NCBI GenBank assembly: GCA_044892525.1
Contig: CM097885.1
Span: forward strand, 21,082,001-21,146,000
DNA from: Schmidtea polychroa
Lineage: Eukaryota
Length of the DNA stretch: 64,000 bases
Direction of reading: 5' to 3'
Below the pieces are notes generated by a model. That model made no database searches and was not told where the DNA came from. It worked only from the letters and a program-made list of their open reading frames with translations. Made by a program: the position numbers and the translations under genes. Below are positions 27,883-42,284 of this stretch, piece after piece. Each line of letters opens with the position of its first letter. Position 1 is the stretch's first letter.

Positions 27883-28625
27883 CAGTAGACCAGTGTTTCC
27901 CACGGTGGGACACAACAGCAATTATCAACTATTCCACATATATTTCTTTTAAAATAATATGCTCATTCATGACTAAATATAACAAAATGCATACAGCAAT
28001 TTCATCGACCTTTATTTTTGCATACTGGCAATACTGATTATCGATGTTTGAAAGCTACTTCAAAGGGGCTGGTGGGGCATGGTATAAAAAAGGTCTGGAA
28101 ACACTGCAGTAGTCTCTTGATTATTCAACACTCGATTATCCGAGGATTTTGACAATTAAAAAATTAAAAATGTCTTAATAATTTTAAAACGAATCCAAGT
28201 AACAATCTTGAGGTAATAATTTCTAGTTGATAAAAAAATAGGTCGTGCCCTTGAAATAGATTTCCGGTGATGAAGATATGAAAAATGAAATTTTAACCGA
28301 TGAAGAAATTATAAAAACCTCTCAACATCAACTGGTACCGAATGATTGTGATAATAAGGCTAAAGATGGTGAGCGTGAAATCCACAAACATGGAAAAATA
28401 TTGAACCTTGAAGTGATTAGGGTTTTTGTAAAGGCAATTGAATATATTGAACAGTAAAATGATTACAATCCGCTAGATGTGATAAAGTTTTGCTATTTTC
28501 TATTTGTTCAAGAAATATGCTTTTTTGTACTGAGTATATTTATACTCTCGATTATCCGGAAAAAAGGACTATCCGGACAATAAAATAAAAAACCCGGTCC
28601 CGAGATGTCCGAATGAAGTCTACTG
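27883..28625 (+). mobile_element. pogo/Tigger-type non-autonomous element with a nested hAT MITE
   Basis: The ends are TA|CAGTAGAC ... AGTCTACTG|TA, with CTCGATTATCCG subterminal repeats and a remnant reading ILTDEEII near 28290. Confidence 0.75.
27891..28106. mobile_element. hAT MITE
   Basis: TIRs are CAGTGTTTCC / GGAAACACTG. The TSD is CAGTAGAC / CAGTAGTC. Confidence 0.85.
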
Positions 28626-28934
28626 TAATGAAGAACAAGACCGGACTTTATTATTGGCTTTCTTTAAGAAAACTTTGTTATTCATATAAAAGCTTGAGTA
28701 GTACCCTAGACATATTATGCTAGTTTGCATTTTATATAAACAATTCTACGAAATTTCTTGTACATACACAAACGATTTTTGGGGTCTTTTAGACCTTAGT
28801 AAGACAACAATATTGTGATTCTAAATTTATTGGTAATTTTTTTCAAATAACTGTAGAATGCTCAATACAAACACATTTTTACACATTCCTCAGGCAAACG
28901 CTTAGATTTTCTTTTTGTTGTATAAAACCTTATC

Positions 28935-29263
28935 AGTAGATGGATTGGGCACCGCGAGCACAAAGACATTTTTACACCACCCCCCCCCCCCCCCCCGGCC
29001 GGAAAAAATTTTTTAGATTTTTTTTTCAAGGTCAACTTGAGAACAAAGACACATGACTCATCAAGCTCATTGAGACAAAGACCATGACTCATCAAGCTCA
29101 TTCTCAAGGTCATATGATTCACTCAAGGTCAACTTGAGAACAAAGACATATGACTCATCAATGATATATAATTATTATTATTTTTAAAAATATTATTATT
29201 TCTAATGTCTTTGTGCTCGCGGTGACCTAGTATTTGGCCTGCCAAAAGTTATCGTTCCCATCA

Positions 29264-29265
<2 letters not shown>
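28935..29265 (+). repeat. Polinton left TIR
   Basis: It is the reverse complement of ~50066-50390, lacking ~16 bp near the tip, and continues into (TTA)n. Confidence 0.92.
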
Positions 29266-29295
<30 letters not shown>

Positions 29296-29393
29296 GTATT
29301 AATCTATATACTCCGAGTTTATCCGACAAAATATTTTGTCCCCCTATGGGTAATGCTCAAAAGGGTACTGCTCCCGCTCAACAACTCACAAGG

Positions 29394-29503
<110 letters not shown>

Positions 29504-29504
29504 G

Positions 29505-29868
29505 AATAAATAGTTAAACATACATGGCAATGATTTAATTATAAGATAACGCCAATCAAACATTTTTATCACGATTAATTTCGACAGTTTTCCTGTCATC
29601 ATCAGGTGGGATATAATACTCATTAAATAAAGGATTTTAAACAAATTTAATTATATATAAAAATTTTTTATTTTATAAAAATATTATTTTTTAAAAACTT
29701 TAACATTTAAAATTTAATTTAATAATTTAAAAATTTAAAATTTTTTTATCAATTATTTAATTTAACACAACAATCAATACATACAATACACAAAAGCTTA
29801 TTTAAAAACACTCAACACACAAGTATTTACAGCATTCTGCACATTAATTTTCGGATTCAATGATTTTG
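29505..29868 (-). mobile_element. 5'-truncated Penelope family B fragment (end of GIY-YIG plus pLTR) nested in the Polinton
   Basis: It is highly similar to 11424-11793. Confidence 0.88.
29568..29612 (-). ncRNA. Minimal type I hammerhead ribozyme (family B), fully canonical
   Basis: The minus strand reads CAC-CTGATGA-T-GACAG(gaaaa)CTGTC-GAAA-ttaa-TC-GTG. Confidence 0.85.
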
Positions 29869-30708
29869 TGTTTAAATTTAATTGTCCTAGTTACATTTTT
29901 AATTACAGCCCCCAATTCTATATACAACTTGAGAAGTCGCCAATGAAGAACATGGTTCTTCTTCGGCCAATGCGTGAGCATCAGCTTCTCAACTTTCGAA
30001 TCTGGCGGGCACATTTTTTCCGGGGCAATCGGAAAATCATTCAAAAAATCATGCACACACTGAGGGATATCAATATCCACTTCCATTGTATATCCAATAT
30101 CCTCATTCATACATTCATTCAAGACAGAATCAAGATCATCATACACCCATTCAAAGTCAGCATACGGAAGCTTTTGGCTTAAGGCCCAACCATACAAGTT
30201 ATTTATGTCAATATACAAGAGTTCTGTGTCTTCAGAACTTACAACATAATGTTTGTTAACAAATGTTAACCCACCCCGTATCCCTCCTTCATAGAAATTA
30301 AACATTTCCATGTCATGCAGAAATTCAATGGGTTCCGTTAATGTCATAAGCGCTGAGGCCCATGACATACCGGGAATGCCATAGAAATTAAGAGGCTCCA
30401 GACCATTGTAAGCAATGGCCTTTTCACGGAATTGTGTAAAATAATCTGCGAGGAGAAACACGTCTAATTTAAGGTAAGTCAACATGTAATCTAACATGTT
30501 GTTGCAATTTTGCTGAGTCCAAATAACTTGGGCTAATGCATACTCTTCATTAGACACAGAATCCCAGATCGGAGGTAGTTCAAGAGTCGATTCCAGAACC
30601 TCAAGCGATGTAGCGAAGTCATATGGAAAGATACCTTTGGCTCGAACAATTGCGCCATCAAAAACAGAAGAAGTTAAAGGCAGATTGGAAAGAGTCTTAA
30701 CTGTTTCT
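29868..30708 (-). pseudogene. Protein-primed family B DNA polymerase (pPolB) fragment
   Basis: The open frame extends upstream of the listed ORF and includes KGIFPYD, then YLKLDVFLLAD, GIRGG and motif A YIDINNLYG.AL...LP. It is truncated before motifs B and C. Confidence 0.9.
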
Positions 30709-31778
30709 CACTAAATTACCTAAGAATGTTTAACTAATATACATATGCCTTAATTAATATACCCTTGCGACATGTTGAATGTGACCAGTACCCTTACGAC
30801 AAATACACATAGGGGGACAGAATATTTTGTCGGATAAAAATTAACTAAAAAATACACAAAAATACTATATTACCTACGAATTCTGTTATGTTTCTAGTTA
30901 AATAATTGGTATATGTATCAACTATATAAAAATTGTTATGAATCCAAGAATATTTTAATTAAATGGTACGACCAAAAACATGGATTTCTAACTAAATTGG
31001 TAAATTTATCTGGAAATATTTTACTTAAGAAATTCCTATATTTAAAATAACCTTTCACTAAATTGCCTAAATATTTGCTATATGGTATTGTTAAATAAAA
31101 TAATCATAAAAATGAAATTAAAAATAATAATATTATGTCAGGGTATGAAAAATAATATAATTGTATGACTAATAAATTTGCAATACAAGTGCATAATTAA
31201 CAAAGACTTTGCAATAAATGGGCATGATTAACAAAGACATTAGAAATATTATCTTTGCATTATGTCGAAGATGATTATGGCAGTAATATCAGAGGAGAAT
31301 GAATGGACAGAGAAAAGCATCATTATGAATATTTCATGAATTGTAAATTTCCATATATATAAATGGCACTATTTCAAAAATTAATACAAATATTAAAACA
31401 AAATGAATATGTTTTAATCAAAAAGTATTACAATAAAACAATAAATTTATAAAAACATTTATTTACGAAACAATAATAACCAATACTACTGCAACTTATA
31501 ATGGCAGCTTTAAAATATTGGTTAGGGTTTCTTCTGCTTTTCCAACATCTTCATGGTTTTTGCGAAGATCTTTTTCCATTTTGATGAACTCATGGGTATA
31601 TTTCATTCTGAATAATCTAAAATAATATCATATATTATAAATACCAAACCATTCCATTCATCATATCACCAACATTTGGTAGTTGCGCCCAATATATTTA
31701 ATTACCAAGATGATTTCATATTATTCAATGTTTGAAAATTTTCTACATTATAGTACCGTCATTATGGATGGTAATAAT

Positions 31779-32475
31779 TCATTTGACTTTGATATTGTAT
31801 TGATTTGTATTGAGAACTAACATGTATATAGTATGATATTCATTAATCAGTGTTGAACAGGCTTGACAATTGTGAACATTCTTCTCGTGACACTTAGAAC
31901 AAACAATTACGTGACCACATGGTAAATACAAAACCGAAATTTGATTTTCTTTACAAATTGAACAAGTTAAATACCTTTTCTTAACATCGTTCAGTTTTTC
32001 CGTTAGCTTATTTTCAATCAAATAGACTTTTGCTATCCATTCATAAATCAATCTACTATATCCCGGTTTCAACCTTAAATACATGCAACTCCAAAAGTAT
32101 TCATTCAGTGAATCGTTGTTTACCACTGTTTTTTCTAAATACATTAAATAACTAGATAACTTCAAAATGCATTTATCATAATTAAAAAAATCACTCAAAT
32201 ATTGAATAGAGGAATGTTTGAAAATTTTTAAAATATTTATGATTTCCTTATCAGTGTAAGTATCATGATTATTTATAAAATCTTCAACTGTGTTGTTAAA
32301 AAATTTCAATGAACTCTTATCTTCGGAATAGGTTGGACTTAATTTTTCCTTTTTTCTAGTAGGATTTCCTTGCTATAAATGACATATATATAAAATATTG
32401 ACAAAATAATAAAGTTACCAAATGTGTTTTGTGATTTACACATTCATATTCAACAGTGTTACTTGTAGAAATCAT
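31779..32475 (-). CDS. C-terminal RING-HC (IAP/MDM2/Neuralized-type C3HC4_3) protein, putative E3 ligase, complement(join(31779..32372,32419..32475)), 216 aa
   Basis: The RING reads CSICKENQISVLYLPCGHVIVCSKC...CQAC...I. The frame is open back to a TTTATAG acceptor. A 46-nt GT-AG intron (32373-32418) joins a 19-codon ATG exon in phase 0. Confidence 0.72.
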
Positions 32476-32732
32476 CAGTAATAAATAAATTTCTTAATAA
32501 CTAAATTACTTTTGTTTTTACATTTATAAAAATTGAGATAGCCAATCAAATTAGAGTTTTCAAAATGTAGAAATTGTAACCATGGTTGAACCTTCAAATG
32601 TCTAAGTAATATCATATTGTATAACAATAATAATAAGCATGACTAGTACCCTTGCAACCTGTTGAGTGTGAGCATTACCCATAGGGGGACAAAATATTTT
32701 GTCGGATAAACTCGGAGTATATAGATTAATAC

Positions 32733-36100
<3,368 letters not shown>

Positions 36101-36203
36101 AAAACAAAATATATATTATCATATAATCAACGATTTAAACATAATTAAATATCATACTCACCTCTGTATTACCTTTTGTTTGATATATATATATATATAT
36201 ATA

Positions 36204-39053
36204 TTAGGGTGGAGTGAAAATGACCGAAAAAAATTTTTTTGACTTAGTAGACTTTGGATAGTTATAAAAACTTGCTATGAGGTCCAATGAAGTACTCTGT
36301 AAAGAAAAACAATAATTTAAATAATGTCTTGAGGTTCCACAACCAACTTTAAAATGTAACCATTGATAAGAAAACGATAATGTATTTGCTATTATTGACA
36401 TATTATTGAAGTCATTGATGGCATTTAAATAATATTTTCATTACTTTTAATAGCAAAACATTTGCCACCCATACACTATGGATTTTAAATGCCTCTGGTT
36501 TTCCTTTTTAGAGTTGCAATGGCTGTAACCAGAAAGAAAGTGTCTTGTGTCATCTTTGGTGGTCCATCCGAGATGCCCGACAATCAACTACCGACTTATG
36601 CAGATGTTATGAAATTCTACAACCTGACAAAGCAGAGACTGAAATGCGAATTGAACAATAAAGATCCTTCACATCGCAACGTGGCAGAAACAGTGTCAAT
36701 GAAAGTAGAACAAATATGGGACAAAGCTTCCATACCACATGTAAGCCACCGCCGTGTTCATGAAATGTTGAACGTGTACCACAAGACGTTCACGAAATTG
36801 CTGAAGCCGTATAAATCTAGGAAGGACTCAGAACCATACAGAGAGAAAATATCGCAGTTTAAAGATGAATCGATTAAACTCTTTGACATTTGCTCCTGCA
36901 AGTGCTCTTGTATGTCTCAGTGTCACTGTGAGAAGTCAAGAAAGATACCCACAATTGAACGTGACTTTCTAGAAGATCAGCGGGGTTCACGCTGTATGAT
37001 CATAGCTGGAGTTGATGAGTTTGAATCCAGTATATTACAAAAGCGGTATATCCGTAAAGAGTCGACACAGAGGCAGATGTGTACCAAATCTGCCATTGAT
37101 GACATCGGTGATAAACAGTCGGATGTCTGTGACGAGATTTCTGGAATGGAAGAGGAAATGGATACCGGCGATGATGACTCTGATGACGATTGTATAAGCC
37201 AAATTAAACAACAGCGAAAATTGAATGACAAGCAGATGAGAGTTAAGCTACCGTCGTTGGCTTTAGCGTGTGATCGACATGGCGTATCCGACAGGGCGGC
37301 AGCAGGAATCGCCAGTGCTGTTCTTCAAGATGTTGGAATAATCCACGAACATGATGTTTCTAAAGTGATTGACAGAAGTAAAGTGCGTCGAGAACGTTGT
37401 AATAAGCGTGGCGCATTATGTGCCGAAGTCAGTAACACAATCACTGGGTTATATTTTGACGGCAGAAAAGACAATACAATGACCCAAATTAAAGAATGCG
37501 ATGGTAAATTTCATCGGAAAATAATAACTGAAGAACATATATCGATTATAGCCGAACCAGGAGCTACATATTTCGGTCACATTACACCAACTGCAGGGTC
37601 AAGCAAAGTTATCACGGCTGAGTTGATTACATATTTGAATAAAAGAAATGTTGACACGAGTGGCATAAAAGCAATAGGTTGTGATGGGACAGCCACTAAT
37701 ACGGGCATTCGAGGAGGCATCATTCGATTACTTGAAGTGACGTTACACAGACCGCTACAGTGGTTCGTATGTCAGTTGCATGCAAACGAATTACCGTTAA
37801 GACATTTGTTTCAGTATCTCGATGGACCTACCAATGGTCCAAAAGGATTTTCTGGTCCCATTGGAAAGTCATTGTTGAATTGTGAGAAGCTTCCCATCGT
37901 TGACTACATGCCGATAAACTGTGTTCTACCGTCAAGTGCAAATTCCGACGATTTAAGTACAGATCAGAAATACCTGTTCGATTTGTGTACTGCTGTAAGT
38001 GTTGGTATTTGTCCTGTCGACCATTCACTTCGCAATCCTGGTCTTATCAACCATTCGAGATGGTTAACCACGGCTAATCGCATACTACGTCTGTATGTTG
38101 CCACAAGAAGCCCGTCGGATGAACTAAAGACGCTTGCTACCTTCATCGTAACAGTTTATGCACCTGCATGGTTTGAAATAAAGAATACCCCTTCGTGTAA
38201 AGACGGCGCTCGACATGTCCACAGTACGATACTGAAATCACGCTACCTCACAGACGAGCTGAAGAAAATTGTTGACCCGGTAATTCAACGCAACGCATTC
38301 TTTAGTCATCCAGAAAATCTGTTGCTTGCGATGCTTACCGATGAAAGATCAGATATACGCGAGTTAGCTCTGCGACGCATACTGAAATCCAGAAAGCAGA
38401 AACGTACGACTTCAGTTAGATCTTTCTGCGTGCCAGTAATCAACTTTGAAGCTACTAGCTACATAGACATGATCGATTGGCAGAAAACTCCGATCACAGA
38501 GCCTCCAATCGTAGTGGACATTGACGAAGATACTTTGTTAACCATGATCCGGGAAGAAGAAACGCCAAGACTGGATTTCGCCCGCTATCCTTGTCACACC
38601 CAGGCAGTAGAGAGACATATCAAGCTAGTGACAGAAGCATCCGAAATGGTGTGTGGTCCAGAAAAACGCGACGGATTCATTAGAGCACGCTTGGAATCGA
38701 GATTGAAAATCCCAAAACTGGACACCAAAGCCCAACATCATTTGTAGTTATAAAAACATGTTAGACAGTTTGCATGTGGTTTCCCTTTACAGATATGGTT
38801 CTTATTACTTGTAATGTTATGTACAGACTGTTAAAAAGTTAAACCATAACATAAATATGTTACTTATAAAAAAATGTTTTTTTTAAAGATTATTGCTTTT
38901 TTATCGAAATATGCCTATACTTTAGGTCAATTGTGGAACCTCAAGATATGCTTTAAATTGTCTAATTGTTTGCCACATTACTAATTGCACGTGTTACCAA
39001 GTTTTTATAGCTATCCAAACAAGATATTAAGAAAAAAAAATTTTCACTCCACC

Positions 39054-39057
<4 letters not shown>
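36204..39057 (+). mobile_element. Intact DNA transposon, hAT-related (probably hATm group), inserted in (TA)n, copy 1
   Basis: An 18-bp perfect TIR TTAGGGTGGAGTGAAAAT is extended by imperfect inverted segments (TTGGATAG.TATAAAAACTTG, TCTTGAGGTTCCACAA). It contains a single long ORF. Confidence 0.88.
36489..38747 (+). CDS. 752-aa DDE transposase (hATm-like); likely start at the ATG at 36519
   Basis: Motifs are YFDGRKD, GCDGT.TNTG, CQLH (CxxH), RWLT and HTQAVER. The frame is uninterrupted. Confidence 0.85.
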   Translation: MPLVFLFRVAMAVTRKKVSCVIFGGPSEMPDNQLPTYADVMKFYNLTKQRLKCELNNKDPSHRNVAETVSMKVEQIWDKASIPHVSHRRVHEMLNVYHKTFTKLLKPYKSRKDSEPYREKISQFKDESIKLFDICSCKCSCMSQCHCEKSRKIPTIERDFLEDQRGSRCMIIAGVDEFESSILQKRYIRKESTQRQMCTKSAIDDIGDKQSDVCDEISGMEEEMDTGDDDSDDDCISQIKQQRKLNDKQMRVKLPSLALACDRHGVSDRAAAGIASAVLQDVGIIHEHDVSKVIDRSKVRRERCNKRGALCAEVSNTITGLYFDGRKDNTMTQIKECDGKFHRKIITEEHISIIAEPGATYFGHITPTAGSSKVITAELITYLNKRNVDTSGIKAIGCDGTATNTGIRGGIIRLLEVTLHRPLQWFVCQLHANELPLRHLFQYLDGPTNGPKGFSGPIGKSLLNCEKLPIVDYMPINCVLPSSANSDDLSTDQKYLFDLCTAVSVGICPVDHSLRNPGLINHSRWLTTANRILRLYVATRSPSDELKTLATFIVTVYAPAWFEIKNTPSCKDGARHVHSTILKSRYLTDELKKIVDPVIQRNAFFSHPENLLLAMLTDERSDIRELALRRILKSRKQKRTTSVRSFCVPVINFEATSYIDMIDWQKTPITEPPIVVDIDEDTLLTMIREEETPRLDFARYPCHTQAVERHIKLVTEASEMVCGPEKRDGFIRARLESRLKIPKLDTKAQHHL

Positions 39058-39130
<73 letters not shown>

Positions 39131-39133
<3 letters not shown>

Positions 39134-41203
39134 GGGTGCCCATAAGGTCGATCGCGATCTACCGGTAGATCGCGAAGGATTTTTTAGTAGATCTTCATAA
39201 AAAAAATATTTTTTATATAAATTTAGATTTTATATAAAATTTCTGTTTTATGCTTAAAATTTTGTGTAACAAAGTGAAAAATTTTCTTAAGCTTTTTTGT
39301 TAAATTAATTTTGTTTAAAAATGCTAAATAAAAAAATGCTAAATAAAAAAGCCAACACTTATCATTATAGCGAAGAAATGGAGAAGGAGTACTTTTTTGT
39401 AATGATTAAAGGTAAATGTTGTTGCTTAATTTGTAAAGCTACTATTTCATTACCAAAAAGAGGGAATTTGGAAAGGCATTTCAAGACAATTCATAAGAAT
39501 TTTGCAGTTGATTATCCACTTGACAGTGAACTACGCAAGTCTAAAATCCTGGAACTGAAAACATGCATTTCTTTTCAACAGTCATTTTTTACGAAGCTAA
39601 CATCCAAATCAAAGTCAGCTACAGCTGCATCTTTCCGAGTAAGCTACATTCTGGCAAAAAATAAGAAATCTTTTAGTGATGGAGTAATTGTAAAAGAAGC
39701 ATTTTTAGAAGCGGCAGAATCATTATTTTGTGATTTTAAAAATAAATCAGATATAATTTCTGCTATTACTGATATGCAATTGTCCCGTAATACAGTTACA
39801 CGGAGAGTCCAAGAAATAAGTACCAATTTAAAAAATCAGTTAATGTTAGACATAGGAAATTGTACCGCATTTTCATTGCAAGCAGACGAATCAACTGATG
39901 CGGCTGATATTTCGCAGCTTATAATTTTTATTCGAAAGGTCTTTAAAGATTTTTCTACGAAGGAAGAATTATTAACAATTATACCACTCAAAAGTAAAAC
40001 TCGAGGTGAGGAGATATTTCAGAATTTTAAAGCTTATGCCAACAGCATTCAGCTCCAAATTTGTAAGCTTGTATCAATAACAACAGATGGCGCACCAGCT
40101 ATGACAGGGCGTCACAACGGATTTATAGCATATTGTAGGAATGATTTTGAATTCCCAGATTTTCTTTCCTACCACTGTATTATTCATCAACAAGCCTTGT
40201 GTGCTAAAATTCTGAATATGAGAGATATTATGGAAATAACATTCAAAATTGCTAACTCGATTCGTGCAAGAAGTCTTCAGAGACGACTTTTCAAATTACA
40301 AATTGAAGAAAGTAATAGAGAAGGTCCTGCTGAATTACTGATGCATTCAGATGTAAAGGTGGCTAAGTAGAGGAAAATTCTTACAAAGATTTAGAGATTT
40401 GCTTTCTGAGATTAATTTGTTCCTTGCCGCAAGAGGTGATGAGTTCAAGCAATTGGAAGATGATGTTTGGCTCTTGGATTTGGCATTTTTAGTAGATATT
40501 ATTGTAATTCTGAATGAATTAAATCTCGACTTACAAGGTAAGGATAAATTGATATTCGATATGATAAGTTCAATCAATGCATTTATACAAAAGCTTCATT
40601 TACTTATTACCAAAATAGAAGACAAAAATTTAAGTTATTTTCCAAATATGTTGTCACAATTAAAAGAATCTGAAAATGTCAACTTTAATATTACGACATA
40701 TGCGGAACAGATCAAAATTTTGGTTTTAGAGTTCGAGAGACGTTTTCAAGACTTCAAGAAACTTGAAATTGTGGCTGCATTTATGTCCTTTCCGTTTAAT
40801 CCAAAAATAAAACCAGAAATTGTTGCAGATTCAATTTCAACTTTGTTTAAAATGGATATCCCTATACTTGAAATGGAAATAATCACACTTCAAAATGATA
40901 TCTTCATTAAATCAAGATCTTCCGAACCAAATATATGGAAATATCTATCAGAGGATAAATATTCAAACTTGAAAAAATGCTTCGAAAATTTAGTATCATT
41001 TTTTGGTTCAACTTATTTATGTGAGTCTGCATTTTCACATATGAAAATTATAAAGTCAAAGTACCGAGCAACATTAACAGATGACCATTTGGAATCCAGC
41101 CTAAGAAGTTGCCTTAGCACTTATATCCCAAACTACAAAAATCTAGTGGATTCAACCCAATGTAGAGCATCAACATCGAAAAGTTCTATATAAAAAAAAT
41201 TTT
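39131..41203 (+). mobile_element. hAT Buster/Charlie-type transposon, copy 1 (3' end cut by the duplication junction)
   Basis: The left end is CAGGGGTGCCCA with GTAGATCGCG repeats, followed by a GTF2IRD2-like transposase. Confidence 0.88.
39321..41193 (+). pseudogene. GTF2IRD2/SPIN-like hAT transposase with a single +1 frameshift
   Basis: It has a BED-like CLIC...RHF...H, DESTD, TTDGAPAM, HCIIHQ and STYLCESAFS. An extra A in GATGTAAAGGTGGCTAAGTAGAGG (~40355) breaks DVRWLSRG. Confidence 0.88.
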
Positions 41204-41287
41204 AAGTTTTATGAATTTTAAGTAAATAATGAAAATGAAACTTCTAAAATAAAATAATAATTAGAATTTTTTGCAAATAGTAATAAA

Positions 41288-41360
<73 letters not shown>

Positions 41361-42192
41361 TTGATAAAAACTTTGAAAATAATTCTTTGAAAATAATACT
41401 TTGAAAAATATTTGATGAAAAGTTCCTGAAATAATCATGAAAATGTTGAAAATCGTGAAAATATTGAAAATGTAGAAAATTATTAAAATATTCATGCAAA
41501 TGATGAAAATGTTGAAAATCATGAAATTGACGTAGAAATTAAGTTTTATGAATATTTAAGTAAATAATAATAATGAAACTTCTAAAATAAAATAATAGTT
41601 AGAATTTTGCAAATAATAATAAAAATAATAATAATAATAAAAAATAATAATAATAATATTTATGCAAAGCATGTGCAATAATTATGTCTTTGTTAAATAA
41701 GTCAACTTTAGCGTCAAAATAAGTTTTTAAAATATATTTAAATTTTAAAATACCGCAACGTAATATATTTTGTCCTGCCCTTCATTGATTTAAGTTGGTC
41801 GGAATTTAATAATAATTATATTATACCCTTTGAGACATGTTGAATGTGAGTAGTACCCTTTTAACCATTACCCATATGACCAATACCCATAGGGGGACAG
41901 AATATCTTGTCGGATAGACTAGGAGTATATATGATAATAATATTCCCTGCGCGCATAATACTTTGAACTTGTATTTCAAAATACTTTTAAAATATTAATA
42001 ATAATAATAAGATGAAGAACTTTCAAAATAACTGCAAAAATGTTAGTTTAAAATAATAATAATAGTAAAGAAATATTGAAAAATATTGAAAATTATTAAA
42101 ATATTCATGCAAATGACAAAACTGTTGAAAATCATTAAATTGCCATAGAATTTAAGTTTCATGAATAATTGCCAATAAAAATAATAATAATA

Positions 42193-42284
<92 letters not shown>

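Noticed and set aside
36204..36210. TTAGGG as a telomeric repeat
   Set aside because: It is a single unit forming the tip of a transposon TIR.
36977..38146. Short overlapping and antisense ORFs within the transposase genes
   Set aside because: They are shadow frames of a real coding sequence.
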